Below, piece by piece: positions 1 through 13,050 of a stretch of DNA of 64,000 nucleotides. Under the pieces are notes generated by a model that was given only the letters and a program-made list of their open reading frames with translations, had not been told where the DNA came from and ran no database searches. Within the stretch, counting starts at the first letter, position 1; each line of letters starts with the position of its first letter. The translations under genes and the position numbers were made by a program. The stretch lies in the NCBI RefSeq assembly GCF_006345805.1, contig NC_043000.1, forward strand, positions 19,530,001 through 19,594,000, given 5' to 3'. Source of the DNA: Octopus sinensis. Taxonomy: Eukaryota.

Positions 1-517
1 CCAATGAGTGAAACAAGTTTAAGATAAAAGATTTTTTTCTTTTTTTCATTAGAATCAAGGCAATATCTATTACAGGCATTCTAATACAAGTGGAAGGGAA
101 GGAGGATAATATTATAGAGCCAGAAACTTCATTTAAATGCTTACATCAGAGTAGATTCAACTAAAGACATAGAATAGAAGTTGTAGTGTTAAACTGGGTG
201 GTGGTCTAAAACTGTCAGTTGAGTAGGTCATGACAAGATTTTAAACAAAGAAAGCATAAAGCAAATATAATAATTTTTAATATAGGGGAAAAGACCGGGG
301 AAATTTGAGGAATAAAAGTAATGATGACCTGGTAGGATTTGAACTCTGAATATTAAGAGCTAAAGAAAATATTGCAAGGCATTTACTTTGATGCCCTAAT
401 AATTCTGTCAATCCAATAACCTGCAAATGAAAAATAATGAAGACCAAAGAATATTACATTTGCAAATTTCCAAATAGAATTACTTTGAATAATTTGTAAA
501 ACAAGGCTAGAAATGTG

Positions 518-578
<61 letters not shown>
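518..578. repeat. (ATC)n microsatellite, tail of the adjacent RTE-like repeat
   Basis: Pure ATC run; explains the poly-Met ORF 454..729. Confidence 0.95.
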
Positions 579-720
579 ATGTCATCATTTTCTCCATGCT
601 AGCATGGGTTAGATGGTTCAACTGGAACTGGTAAGACAGAGCTGCACCAGTTTTGGCTTGGTTTCTGTGGCTGGATGCCCTTCCTAATACCAAGCACTCT
701 ATAGAGTGTACAGGTGCCTT
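579..720 (-). mobile_element. 3' end of an RTE-like LINE/SINE family with (GAT)n tail
   Basis: ccatgctagcatgggtt...ggatgcccttcctaa motif recurs at ~2655, ~4372 and (more degraded) ~58445, each next to a (CAT)n tract. Class assignment is from recalled RTE 3' UTR motifs. Confidence 0.55.
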
Positions 721-1414
721 TTTTGTCACAGGCTTGGGTGTTACATGTCATTGGCATGAGTGCTTTTTATTTGTCACTGGCATGGGTGTCTTTTATGTGT
801 CACCAGCACAGGTGCATGTTACATGTCATTGGCATGAGTGCCTCTTATGTGTCTCTGGCATGGGTGCCTTTTATGCGTCACCAGCACAGGTGCTTGTTAC
901 ATGTCATTGGAACAGGTGAGTTTTATTTGTTACAGGTATAGGTGTCTTTCATGTGTCACTGACACAGGTGCTTGTTACATGTCATTGGCACGGGTGCCTT
1001 GTATTTGTCACTGGCATGGGTGTCTTTTATGTGTCACCAGCACAAGTACCTATAACATGTAATTGATATGGATGCCTTTTATTTGTTACTGATATGGGTG
1101 TCTTATATGTGTCACTGGCACAGGTGTCTGTCTCATGTCTTTGGCACAGATGCCTTTGTTTGTCACAGGCTTGGGTTTCTTTTATGTGTCACTAGCACAG
1201 GTGCCTGTTACATGTCATTAGTACAGGTGCCTGCTATTTGTTAACGTTATGGGTGTCTTTTATGTATCACTGCACAGGTGCCTGTTACACATAATTGGTA
1301 AGGGGGCCTTTTATGTGTCACTGGCATTAGTGTATTTTATGTATAACTGGCACAGGTGCTCGTTACATGTCTTTGGCACAGGTGCTTTTTATGAGTCATT
1401 GGCATGGGTGCCTT
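700..1414. repeat. 26-bp minisatellite (tggcatgggtgtcttttatgtgtcac / cagcacaggtgcatgttacatgtcat variants)
   Basis: Units measured at 778-803, 804-829 and 830-855; about 27 degenerate copies. Confidence 0.9.
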
Positions 1415-1418
1415 TTAA

Positions 1419-2002
1419 CCCCTTACCCGGCAGAAACGAATATATGCGTTTTGACCGAAATCATTTTTTTCTATCTCTGGCGAGTTAACTCGTCAAAAGA
1501 TAGACTCGCCAAAATCGACAGCAAACGAGTTCCTTTGTCTATTATAAACTCTTTTTTGACATATACGAGTATATTCGCTCACTTTATACGTCCGGCAGTG
1601 ACGATTTCTGCCACCTTTCGCTTGAGTAAGGCATTGAAGACCGAGTATGATTTAGTCACCTGGAGACAGTCGAAGAGTTGGAAGGCACATTTTATGAATA
1701 GAAGTATTCACTTTGTTTTTACGTTGTTTTTTTTTATACCTTTATATTATAACCCCACCATGTCGATAACCAAATAAAATAACAAGATTTTTTGTAAAAG
1801 TAATATGATTTATGAAAAAAATGGGTTAACTCGTTTCTGCCCAAAGCGGTAATTTAAAATCAATATTATTGAATTAAAATTCATAATAAATAAGGTTTGA
1901 AATATACCTCGAAATCACCATTCAAAACATAGTAAAATAAAACAATTAAAAAATATGTCTGAAAAAATACATTTATTTTCAAAATAATTGTTGGGTAAGG
2001 GG
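1419..2002. mobile_element. piggyBac-like non-autonomous MITE
   Basis: TTAA at 1415-1418 and 2003-2006; TIR ccccttaccc / gggtaagggg (12/14 match when extended); internal inverted motif ggcagaaacga / tcgtttctgcc. Confidence 0.8.
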
Positions 2003-2900
2003 TTAAGCACCACCGGGTCAGATGAATATAATCTGTTAGGTTGGTCCACTACTCATCTGCTGCTTATTGTAGGAACTCAGAAAGTATGAAAATTAAATGA
2101 ACCCTATTGTGGAATGAAATGATTAGGCACAGCTGTTTGGATGCTGGTCATTTAGCTGATTAACTGGACATAGAACATATTTTGACAAAAGTACTTTTTG
2201 TGGACAAGAGTCAAACATACACACATATACACACACACACAAAAAAGTTAATGGGAGAGAGAGAGAGAGATTGCAATGTATTAACTGAACACAGTTGGCA
2301 CAAGCAGTTGCTCTTTCTTTATACACAAAATAAGGAATGTGTTCACACACATAAAATAGAGAGACAGGCAGACAGACAGACAGTGACAGGCAAAGACAGA
2401 CAGACAGATAGACAAACAGACAAATAGAAGGAGAGAGAGGGAGCGAGAGAATGAGAGAAATGGCCCCGCCCCGCCTCAAAAACAAGAAAAACTGAAGCAT
2501 TAAAATATCTGATGTCAAATAAATCAGTGTTGAATCAGTGATGCCAAATAAGTGGCACCAAAAGAACTGTGCCAAAACACCCCATACCCACCCCATTGGG
2601 GATTATATTCATAACATAAAAATCATCATCATCATCATCGTCATCATCATCATTATTTAATGCCCATTTTTTTCATGGGTTGGATGGTTTGACGACCTGG
2701 TAAACCTGAAGGTTGCATTAACCTCTTCTGTAGGCTTCAACATAGTTTCTAGAGTTGGGTGTCCTTCCTAATGCCAAACACTTTACAGAATATAACATGA
2801 TATGACAATATCTTTTGTCTTTTACTTGTCTCAGTCATTACACTGTGGCCATGCTGGGGCACCACCTTGAAGAATATTCTTTATTAGATTGAAATAACCC

Positions 2901-3272
2901 TTTACTCTTTTACTCTTTTACTGGTTTCAGTCATTTGAATGTGGCCATGCGCCGGCTAATGAGATATCACATATACTCTTTTACTCTTTTACTTGTTTCA
3001 GTCATGTGACTGTGGCCATGCTGGAGCACTGCCTTTAGTCGAGCAAATCGACCCTAGGACTTATTCTTTGTAAGCCTAGTACTTATTCTATCGGTCTCTT
3101 TTTTTGCCGAACCACTACATTATGGGGACATAAACACACCAGCATCGGTTGTCAAGCGATATATACATATACACATATACGACGGACTTCTTTCAGTTTC
3201 CATCTACCAAATCCATTCACAAGGTTTTGGTCAGTCCGAGGCTATAGTAGAAGACACTTACCCAAGGTGTCG
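2901..3272 (-). mobile_element. SINE family A (tRNA-derived, abundant), degraded, head missing
   Basis: Matches the other family-A copies in this window. Confidence 0.8.
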
Positions 3273-3407
3273 TGAAGAGTTATTAATGTAGAAAGTTGAT
3301 ATCTCAGCTATTAACAGTTGAGACCTGCATAATCTAGACAGCGTTTTTTAATTTCATTATTCTCTTTAACCCAAGCAGCACCAGATATTTCTGCTTGTAT
3401 ATATATA

Positions 3408-3622
3408 TTCTTTTACTTGTTTCAGTCATTTGACTGTGGCCATGCTGGAGCACCGCCTTTAGTCGAACAAATCGACTCCAGGTCTTATTCTTTGCAAGCC
3501 AAGTACTTATTCTATCAGTCTCTTTTGCCAAACTGCTAAGTTACAGCAACATAAACACACCAACATTGGTTATCAAGTGATGATATCGGGACAAATACAG
3601 ACACACATACATACATACATAC

Positions 3623-3667
<45 letters not shown>

Positions 3668-3848
3668 GTATATATGTATATATACACAATGGGTTTCTTT
3701 CAGTTTCCGTCTGCCAAATCCACTCACAAGGCTTTGGTCAGCCAGAGGCTAGAGAAGAAGACACTTGCCCAAAGTGCCATGTAGTGGGAATGAACCTGGA
3801 ACCATGTGGTTCATAAGCAAACTACTTACCACACAGCCATTCCTTCTC
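3408..3848 (-). mobile_element. SINE family A
   Basis: Full body with internal (TA)n; tRNA-like head at the 3848 end. Confidence 0.85.
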
Positions 3849-4095
3849 CTATTATTAATGTTTCTATTCGCAATTTACAACCAAGAGGCACAAATACAAA
3901 CGTCCATATTAGCATCAGGATTGATAGAAATTAGAAACAACTCTTAGCCACGGATAAGTGCTTATCTAATGACTGACAAGGGAGACAAGCGCCCTACAGT
4001 CACTTTTCAGTTATTAGATGAGTGCTTGTCCGTTTTGAATCGTATTTCTAGCAATGCTGGTGCTAATATGCAGCCTTAGTCACAATTATGCGTGT

Positions 4096-4345
<250 letters not shown>

Positions 4346-4371
4346 TCATCATCATCATCATCCTCATCATC

Positions 4372-4528
4372 ATTTAATGTCCGCTTTCCATGCTAGCATG
4401 GGTTGGACGGTTCAACTGGGGTCTGGGGAGCCCGAAGGCTGCACCAGGCCAGTCAGATCTGGCAGTGTTTCTACAGCTGGATGCCCTTCCTAACGCCAAC
4501 CACTCCGAGAGTGTAGTGGGTGATTTTA
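4372..4528 (-). mobile_element. RTE-like 3' end repeat (same family as 579-720)
   Basis: tttaatgtccgctttccatgctagcatgggttggacgg... preceded by (CAT)n. Confidence 0.6.
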
Positions 4529-4925
4529 TGTGCCACCGACACAGGTGCCAGACGAGGCTGGTGAACGGCCATGCTCGGATGGTGTTTTTATGTGCCACCG
4601 ACACAGGTGCCAGACGAGGCTGGCGAACGGCCACGCTCGGATGGTGTTTTTATGTGCCACCGACACAGGTGCCAGACGAGGCTGGCGAACGGCCACGCTC
4701 GGATGGTGTTTTTATGTGCCACCGACACAGGTGCCAGACAAGGCTAGCAGAGGACCACGCTCGGATGGTGTTTTTTATGTGCCACCGACACAGGAGCCAG
4801 ATGAGGCTGGCGATCGGCCACGATCGGATGGTGATTGTTACGTGCCCACAGCATGGAGGCCAGTCGGTGCGGTACTGGCTACGGCCACGTTCGGATGGTT
4901 TTCTTGTGTTCCACCGGCACTGGTA
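4529..4925. repeat. 62-bp GC-rich minisatellite, about 6 copies
   Basis: Unit starts at 4529, 4591, 4653, 4715 and 4778. Confidence 0.95.
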
Positions 4926-5580
4926 CCACAAGGATACAAATTCCATTGATGTTCATCTATTTTGATTTTGTTTGATTTTTTGATTTTTTGATTTTCACTT
5001 GCCTCAACAGGTCTATATATATATATATATATATATAGCAGTTTTGCACGGAGAGCAATAACATGGCAAATTACCTTATCATATAGCATGAAATGATTGT
5101 GGATTAATAATGGTTAAATACATCGTCTGTGAGTGTGAAATCCCTCATCTTACCACTGGAAATGTAAATCTTCACTATGGATTAATTCACCTTTTCTGTG
5201 AAGCTAATAAGTCTTTAAAAACCTGTGATAAGTCTGTGCATCATCCTCTTCATATCTCTGGAAATTTAAATCTACATTATGGATTGATTCATCTTCTCTT
5301 CGAAACTAATAAGTTTTTTAAAAATCTGTGATAAGACTGTGCATCATCATTAAGGAACTTTGGAAAACTGTTTATAACCTATATCTGCCTCTAATGGAAC
5401 TATCTCTAATATCTCATGAGTATAACCTCACCCACTAAGATGTCTAGAGAACTCAAATGTATTTTAGCTGATGAGTACGGGACGCTTTTATCTGCTGCAA
5501 TTTTTGCAACTTGTAATAAAGCCTGTCTTTGTATGAAACAATTGTACTAAAAACCAATCCATTCTTGTTGCTTCTTTCTC

Positions 5581-5616
<36 letters not shown>

Positions 5617-5619
<3 letters not shown>

Positions 5620-5918
5620 GAGGCACAAATGCCTAGTGGTTAGGGCAGCGGACTCGCGGTCGCAGGATCGCGGTTTCAATTCCCAGACCGGGCGTTGTGA
5701 GTGTTTATTGAGCGAAAACACCTAAAAGCTCCACGAGGCTCCGGCAGGGGGTGGTGGTGATGCCTGCTGTACTCTTTCACCACTCTTTCTCTCACTCTTT
5801 CTTCTGTTGGCCTGCTTGCTTAGCCAGCGGGGTGGCGCCATTCGAAGGCTAAAACAATGCGAACGCATTGTGACCAGCGATGTGTAACAACATCTGATGG
5901 TCTGGTCGGTCACGTGAT

Positions 5919-5926
<8 letters not shown>
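5617..5926 (+). mobile_element. SINE family C (tRNA-derived)
   Basis: A-box-like gcctagtggttagg, B-box-like ggtttcaattccc; 3' end cacgtgatcacgtgat; flanked by (TA)n. Confidence 0.75.
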
Positions 5927-5970
<44 letters not shown>

Positions 5971-6502
5971 TGAGAAAGAGAGAGAGAATAGTTGTATACT
6001 GTCAACATAACGTGACAATCCCGTAAAGGGAATTACACCACCGCTGTTTAGCCCTAGGAAGCATTGACGCTTCCTGTCGGCTTTGACACATTTCCTGTGT
6101 CCTTATATTTGCAAAGAGGATGCAAGCACCCCCAAGAATAAGCTTGCTAATTTAAATAAATATCGATCTTATCAAGTGGCCAGCATGGAAATAAGAACCT
6201 TCAAAGGTAATGATTATTATTAAAATTATTATTTGGGGTATCTACGAGATACCGGCATGCTGAAAATAGCAGCCAGGATCTGACTCTAAAACCACCTTAA
6301 ATGTTCATACAGCACAAGGAGAGATGACAAAGAGACAATTTAAAACTAGTAAAAAAGTTACTGGATACATACATACATACATACATACATACATACATAC
6401 ATACGCGCATACATACATACATACATACATACATACATACATACATACATACATACACACATACATGCATACATACATACATACATACATATATATATGC
6501 AC

Positions 6503-6535
<33 letters not shown>

Positions 6536-6580
6536 TACGTACATAATACATACATACATACATACATATATATATATATG

Positions 6581-6632
<52 letters not shown>

Positions 6633-6635
<3 letters not shown>

Positions 6636-7022
6636 TTTTATTTGTTTCAGTTATTTGATTGCAGCCATGCTGTAGCACCGCCTTAAGGGGTTTTAATCGA
6701 CCCCAGGATTTATTCTTTGTAAGCCTAGTACTTATTCCATCGAAATCTTTTGCCGAACCGCTAAGTTACGGGCACATAAACGCACCAGCGTCTGTTGTCA
6801 AGCAATGGTGGGAGGACAAACATAGACACAAACACAAACACACACACACACACATACATACACGACTGGCTTCTTTCAGTTTCCGTCTACCAAATCCATT
6901 CACAGGCTTTGGCCGACCCGAGGCAATAGTAAGAGACACTTCACCAAGGTGCCACGCAATGGGACTGAACCCAGAACCATGTGGTTGGATACAAGCTTCT
7001 TACCTCACAGACATCTGCGCCT
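6633..7022 (-). mobile_element. SINE family A
   Basis: Full-length match to other copies. Confidence 0.85.
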
Positions 7023-7340
7023 AAAATATATATAAGGGGGTTATTATGTATACGTACATTGTTTTACCTATGTATAATGGAATTTCAATACAAAAAAACT
7101 GATTCAAAATTTAGAAATAGTTTAATAAACAAAGCGATTGCAAACTGGTGAAGCAAAAATGCCAAAAAGAGAAGTTATTAATGCAAGGGAAGTAACTCCA
7201 TAAATTTATCGACCAGTTTTTGATTGCTTCCCTTTACATGTTAGCTAAATATTACGTCTTCGAATCCATTTTCCTAATTACAATAAAACGAATTTCCAAA
7301 CTAGATTTATAAAAATAAATACCCAGTTAATGATAAAATT

Positions 7341-7608
7341 ATAATAATAATAATAATGAAATTATTGTATACAGTGCTCAGGTGCACCACAACTTGTCAG
7401 AAAGTGCATATAAAGTACATGCAGTAATGTAGAAATGTCTGGAAAGCGAACAATGTATGAGTCAGATACATGCTTGTGTGTGTATGGAGGGGAGAAAGAT
7501 CAGGTGTAGTGTTGGCGAATCTCAGGAAGCATGGAAGTTTTGAAGGATGCAGTGCTCCGACAACTAACAACTGATGCCCGCAGTTTGTTCCAGGCTTCAG
7601 CAACCCGT
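7341..7608 (-). mobile_element. CR1/L2-like LINE 3' end (RT C-terminus, 3' UTR and (TAT)n tail)
   Basis: RVAEAWNKLRASVVSCRSTASFK resembles the RVxxxWNxLPxxVVxxxSxxxFK C-terminal motif of CR1/L2 ORF2. Confidence 0.65.
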
Positions 7609-7712
7609 TTTCTAATTTGATTGTTATATATTATCCATTCTAAATGAAATATGAGATTGAGCAGTTGAAATTCTGTTTGTGTTTTCTCGTTCATTTATTT
7701 TCGTTTTGGCGC

Positions 7713-7743
<31 letters not shown>

Positions 7744-8420
7744 TTTCTTTTGCCGGGAAAAATAGTTAAAGTGAAAAATATTCTGTAGATAATTTAAGAA
7801 AAATACAGGTGTACTTCAACTTACGGCGGATCTTTTCAGTTTGAAGACCAGATTTTCCTAGTTAACTAAACAATTTGAAACTTCGTATACTGGTAGAATG
7901 TGTCAAAAGAAAACATAATTGTAAACCAAAATGAAAACGGAATTGTAATTTCTAAGTTTAACGTTGTTTAATAATTCGAATTTTAACCAATGGTATTCTT
8001 TCTTTCGACCTCATATTATTTACTGCCTCTCAAAATATTGTTACTGTGACGTAAACAGCTATTTTGTGACGTAGTTAACGTAAACATGTAAATAGCTAAC
8101 TAAAATGTAAACATCTCCGCTTATCATAAACTTCGTGGAGTATATATAAAATTTGTGTAGATCCTAAAAAGCTACACACACATGTATACAAACATATGCA
8201 TATATATATATACACCTATACACACATATTCTAATGCATATGCATATATGTGTATATATTTATAATGTGTGTGTATTATAGATGCATACATTATATATAT
8301 ATAAAAGATGTTTCCATACAATATATATATGTTATATACTTCTACATGTATATGTATGTATGAATATATAAGAACCACAGAATTTGAATCAAACTGTTTT
8401 GATCCATACATACACACACA

Positions 8421-8451
<31 letters not shown>

Positions 8452-8557
8452 CACAACACACACACACACACACACCAACGCTACCATCCATGAAACATCC
8501 TAACATAATCAATGCTACTACTACTATCATCATCATTATCATCATCATCCACTGCCG

Positions 8558-8610
8558 TTAGGGTTAGGTTTTGGGTTTTAGGGTTAGGGTTGGGATTTAG
8601 GATTAGAGTT
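8558..8610 (+). repeat. Degenerate interstitial (TTAGGG)n
   Basis: ttagggttaggttttgggttttagggttagggttgggatttaggattagagtt. Confidence 0.7.
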
Positions 8611-9078
8611 ACGGAAACAAGCGAGAAATGAAGAAATTGGAGGTGGAGGGGTAGGGGGCAAACATTTTTTTCCGAAAATAGTTGCTGAAATCAAGAAATT
8701 GCCGAAGAAAGACTTTCACTTTTTCATGAGCGGCTATCGAAAACGCTGGGGTTTTAATATGACAAAAGAAAATACAAAAATGGTGGGCTTTTATGCACAT
8801 ATGTACTAATGGATATCATATATATGTACAAAATGAAACTTGAGATTTCGAAAGAAATTGTGATGTGTGCCACTATTTTCCTTTTGACATCAAATTCCAA
8901 TATAATCTGAATATATACATTCTGAAAAGTATTTGTAGCAAATTTCATAAAAAAATACCCAAGTTATGAGGAAACAAAGTCAACTCATGTGAATTTCCCG
9001 AAACCTCTCTTCCTAACCACAGAATTTTTTTAAATATTAAATTCCTACATAAGCGGAATATAAACCATCTAAAACATA

Positions 9079-9590
9079 CCGTAAATCCTCAAGTATAATC
9101 CGCATTATTTTCCCAAAATTTAAAGGTCAAAATCCCTAGTGCGTACTATATATGAGGTTAAAAATAGAAATTATTTTCTAAGCAATGTCCAAGTCTCTAT
9201 TTGCTGTCAGGCAATGTTTATTCAGAGGCATTTTGTGATGTCGGGCTTGAAAATACCTTAAGCTAAGCCTGAAAGCAATGAAGTCATAAAAGAATCATCC
9301 ATAACTTGCAATAAGCAACATTTATTAAACGTTATTACTGTTATTTCTTTATCTTCTGCAAACAAAATGCACAAAAAAGCTACACGTTTGCATTATGTTA
9401 TATATACAATAATAATAAAGGACGTTACCGTATACATTTTTACAAACCAAGAACGGTATATAGACCTCCTTGACTGAAGTTAGAGAAGGGGTGCGTATTA
9501 TACACAAGGTTTAGGTTTTCCAGAGGTACAGCCCCCTAAAAATCCCCTGCGTATTATACTCAAGGGCAGACTATACTCGAGGATTAACGG
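9079..9590. mobile_element. Tc1/mariner-superfamily MITE
   Basis: TA on both sides; 22-bp TIR ccgtaaatcctcaagtataatc vs ccgttaatcctcgagtatagtc (19/22). Confidence 0.8.
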
Positions 9591-10068
9591 TATTTTTTGA
9601 AAATTTCATTAAAAAAATTTACATTTTTCTGGAAGTTGTGAGGCAACAAAGTCGGTCGGGTAGGGGCACACATGTATAGGTAAGCCGACATTTGCATTAT
9701 TTTACAATAATCATTTCAAATCCTGCTCGGCTGGTTTTTGTCTTATCTTTCAAGGCCCAATAAAATGAGTTAATCGTAATAAAACAGAGTTGTAAACACC
9801 CCTGTAGCAATCCATTCAAATGCTGACGTCAGTAAAGTTGGTCAAAGAAAACCGGTCTTTTTACTTTTATTGGAATTTATATTGTATTTATTTAAGATGC
9901 CAAAGGAGTTCTGTGTTTTTGTTTTTATGAAGACGCTTCATGAATAATCTAATCTTCTCACTCCTTCGGTCATTGTTTTTCTAAGATAAAAATAGTATGA
10001 TGACTTATAAAATATTTAGAGGAATATTAAGTTTTACAGGCCAGATGTTAAAAAAATATTGGAGTGGC

Positions 10069-10185
10069 TGATTCCGGGTTCAGTCCCACTGTCTGGCACC
10101 TTGGGCAAGTGTCTTCTACTATAGCCTCGGGCCAACCAAAGCCTTGTGAGTGGATTTGGTAGACGGAAACTGAAAGAAGCCCGTC

Positions 10186-10217
<32 letters not shown>

Positions 10218-10399
10218 TTGTGTGTCTGTGTTTGTCCCCCTAGCATTGCTTGACAACCGATGCTGGTGTATTTATGTCCCCGTTACTTAGCGGTTCGGCA
10301 AAAGAGACCGATAGAATAAGTACTGGGCTTACAAAAAGAATAAGTCCCGGGGTCTAGTTGCTCGATTAAAGGCGATGCTCCAGCATGGCCGTGGTCAAG
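10069..10399 (+). mobile_element. SINE family A (head internally deleted)
   Basis: ggttcagtccc B box; body matches other copies. Confidence 0.85.
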
Positions 10400-10436
10400 A
10401 GTAACATTAAAAGTAAAATATGTTTTATATGACACA

Positions 10437-10458
10437 TTAGGGTTAGGGTTAGGGTTAG
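10437..10458 (+). repeat. (TTAGGG)3 interstitial telomere-like motif
   Basis: Three perfect hexamers plus TTAG. Confidence 0.7.
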
Positions 10459-10793
10459 TGTCCGAAGGTTGAAAGTGTTTAGTTACAAAAAATTTATTAC
10501 TCGATCTGCCGTTCAAAGGGTAAAGATCCCTTATATTATTTATTTAAACCCTTTACAACCTAGAAGGGTTATGGGTCAAGAGGAAAATACATCAATGAAA
10601 TGTTGGCAAGGCCATCGGTTGAATAAAACAACATTGTTCCTCAACAGAACAATAAGGCTCTATAGTTAGGGGGAAATTTACCCATTCAGTTTCAAAACTC
10701 AGGTGGGGCCAAAAGAGGTCTCTACACATACATACGTATACACACACACACACATACATACATACATATATCCAGACAACTTCAGCTTTATAT

Positions 10794-11396
10794 AGAGTCA
10801 TTCGTCGGAGAACGGTGCTTACCATGCGTTGATAAGAGGCAATTACCTCGAAACCTGGTCCGTATGTAGTATCCATATCTTCGGGGAATGATCTCCCTTT
10901 GCAGGCTAGAGGACACCGAGATGGTGTCAGCCCTCCTGGTGACGTCGATGATCGCCGGGGGCTAAATGCATCAGTAACACCCCCACCACCCCGCCCTGTC
11001 CCTAGCCACATTCAGATGGCTGATGCCCCTTATGTTATAGAGCAGTTACTGTTTATATCTCGTTTAGAGATTTATTATTGTTTTCGAACGGTTTTTCTAC
11101 ATCAGTGACTGTGTTTACTGTGAAAATCCTTATATATATGGCCTGTAGAGAGAGTCATTCGTCGGAGAACGGTGCTTACCATGCGTTGATAAGAGGCAAT
11201 TACCTCGAAACCTGGTCCGTATGTAGTATCCGTATCTTCGGGGAATGATCTCCCTTTGCAGGCTAGAGGACACCGAGATGGTATCAGCCCTCCTGGTGAC
11301 GTCGATGATCGCCTGTGGCTAAATGCATCAGTAACACCCCCACCACCCCGCCCTGTCCCTAGCCACATTCAGATGGCTGATGCCCCTTATGTTATA
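10794..11396. repeat. Direct duplication of a 246-bp GC-rich segment (10794-11039 and 11151-11396)
   Basis: Copies differ at about 4 positions; offset 357 bp. Confidence 0.95.
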
Positions 11397-11813
11397 TATA
11401 TATATATATCTATATATAAAACTGAAATGCGTTTTTACCGCTTGGTTCGCTTTCAATGCCACTACGTCCCGTCCGATTCGCTCCAAAATTTACAGGGACA
11501 TGTAGAATGAGGTGACGATGCCCGTGGGCTACCTCAGAAATCCCTAGCTTAAAAGGTGTGGTTGCTATGGGCCATCTTCCTCACTCACGCTATTTCCTCC
11601 ATTCACCCTCTCACTCCCCTTCATTTGACAAGTCCACTCCCGTTATTTAATGTAAAGTCTTCCTCAAATCACTCTCTCGCTATTTCCTCTCTTCCAAGAA
11701 CATTTTCACTCACTCTATCTCTTAGCTTCCCATACATTTTACTCATGTATCTGTCTGCGTTCATAGACAGAAACAAATATTCCATCGCCATCGCATTCTA
11801 TTGTCTACCTGTC

Positions 11814-11855
<42 letters not shown>

Positions 11856-12212
11856 CATATATCTAATATTATATTTTTATTTTTATGTTTTTGTTTTTGG
11901 TTTTTTACTGTTTCATTTGCCTATTAGTGGTTTTATCTCTAATTTAATTTCTACAGCGTGCACATACACACACACCTATATGTGGCCCCAGTAGACCCGA
12001 ATGAAATCGGGTTCTCTTCATCAAAATGTGAAAAGGGGTCTAGAATTATCATCGCCACAACTTATGTATATGTCTTCCTCACTCACTCACTCTTTTTCCT
12101 AATGATAATTATCATCGCCACCACCACCACCACCAACACACAATCATGACAATCTTTCTCTTAAAACAAATCATGTTTACATTGCAAAATATTTCATTTT
12201 CCCGTCCTCCGA

Positions 12213-13050
12213 ATGGCGAGACTTGCTGACACACATGATGAAAGGGAGGCACGTCTCGCTACTGACCGCATTCAAGCACAACAAGAAAGAACCGCAAAGA
12301 CAGCAACAGACACAAGTTACACGGTCTATAGCACGACGAAAACTCAAGCAAAACAAGGCTGCAAAGAGGGACGAGTTCTGGTACAGGGCCGCCTTCACCT
12401 ACGATCCTGCTAAAAACTATGCCAACAACAAAGTGACCATCGGAAAGATGGACAAAATTTGTTCCTCCTGTGGGGCCAAAAAGTGGGATTTCGATGTTCC
12501 CGGTCTTTGCTGCTCTCAAGGAAAAGTCCGACTCCCACCGTTACCTGATCCACCTCAGGTTCTTCTAGAATTGCTTACAAGTCCATCTGACGGTGCAAAG
12601 CATTTTCGTGAAAGAATTCATAGGTTTAATTCGTGCTTCTCAATGACATGCTTTCGAACAACGAGCATACCAGGTTTAAAAAAAAAACAAAAAACAAATA
12701 TGCCACGACCTTCAACTGTTGCTTCGACAACAACTGAAAATCTCAGTGTCCCCGGACCTTCATGGACTGTTACAACAACAATAACGGAAAACCTCAATGT
12801 CCCTGGACCTTCAAGAGCTGTTGCGAAAACAGTACTCGAAAACCCCCATGTCGACAGACATTCTACAAAGCCTAATTATCATTCAGAGAAGTATGAACAT
12901 TTTTACACATACAAAATTCATGGACAGTGCTACCATCAAATGGGAAGTCTTCGGCCGATGCCTGGTAAAGAGCCTACATTCATGCAAGTTTTCTTTGTTG
13001 GTGGTCACGATGAGGAACTTGCTATCAGGAAAAAAAAATCCAAAACTTGA
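12213..13050 (+). pseudogene. Helitron RepHel N-terminal region with Cys-rich motif (ORFs 12213..12413 and 12223..13050)
   Basis: AAFTYDP...IGKMDKICSSCGAKK...GLCCSQGKVRLPPL, FNSCFSMTCF and YKIHGQCYHQMGSL are typical Helitron N-terminal blocks. Confidence 0.9.

Noticed and set aside
4529-4925. CRISPR-like appearance of regular repeats (also 700-1414 and 60088-60600)
   Set aside because: Head-to-tail units without unique spacers, no cas genes, eukaryotic context.
5156-5350. Two-copy duplication of about 102 bp as a possible zinc-finger exon
   Set aside because: No C2H2 spacing in the frames read; a simple local duplication.
5617-5700. tRNA gene calls for SINE heads (also 24137, 29983, 43153 etc.)
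   Set aside because: A/B boxes are present but run into SINE bodies; no complete cloverleaf.
13030-13038. Programmed ribosomal frameshift at the Helitron A9 run
   Set aside because: No stimulatory structure is evident and none is known for Helitrons; mutation or sequencing error is simpler.
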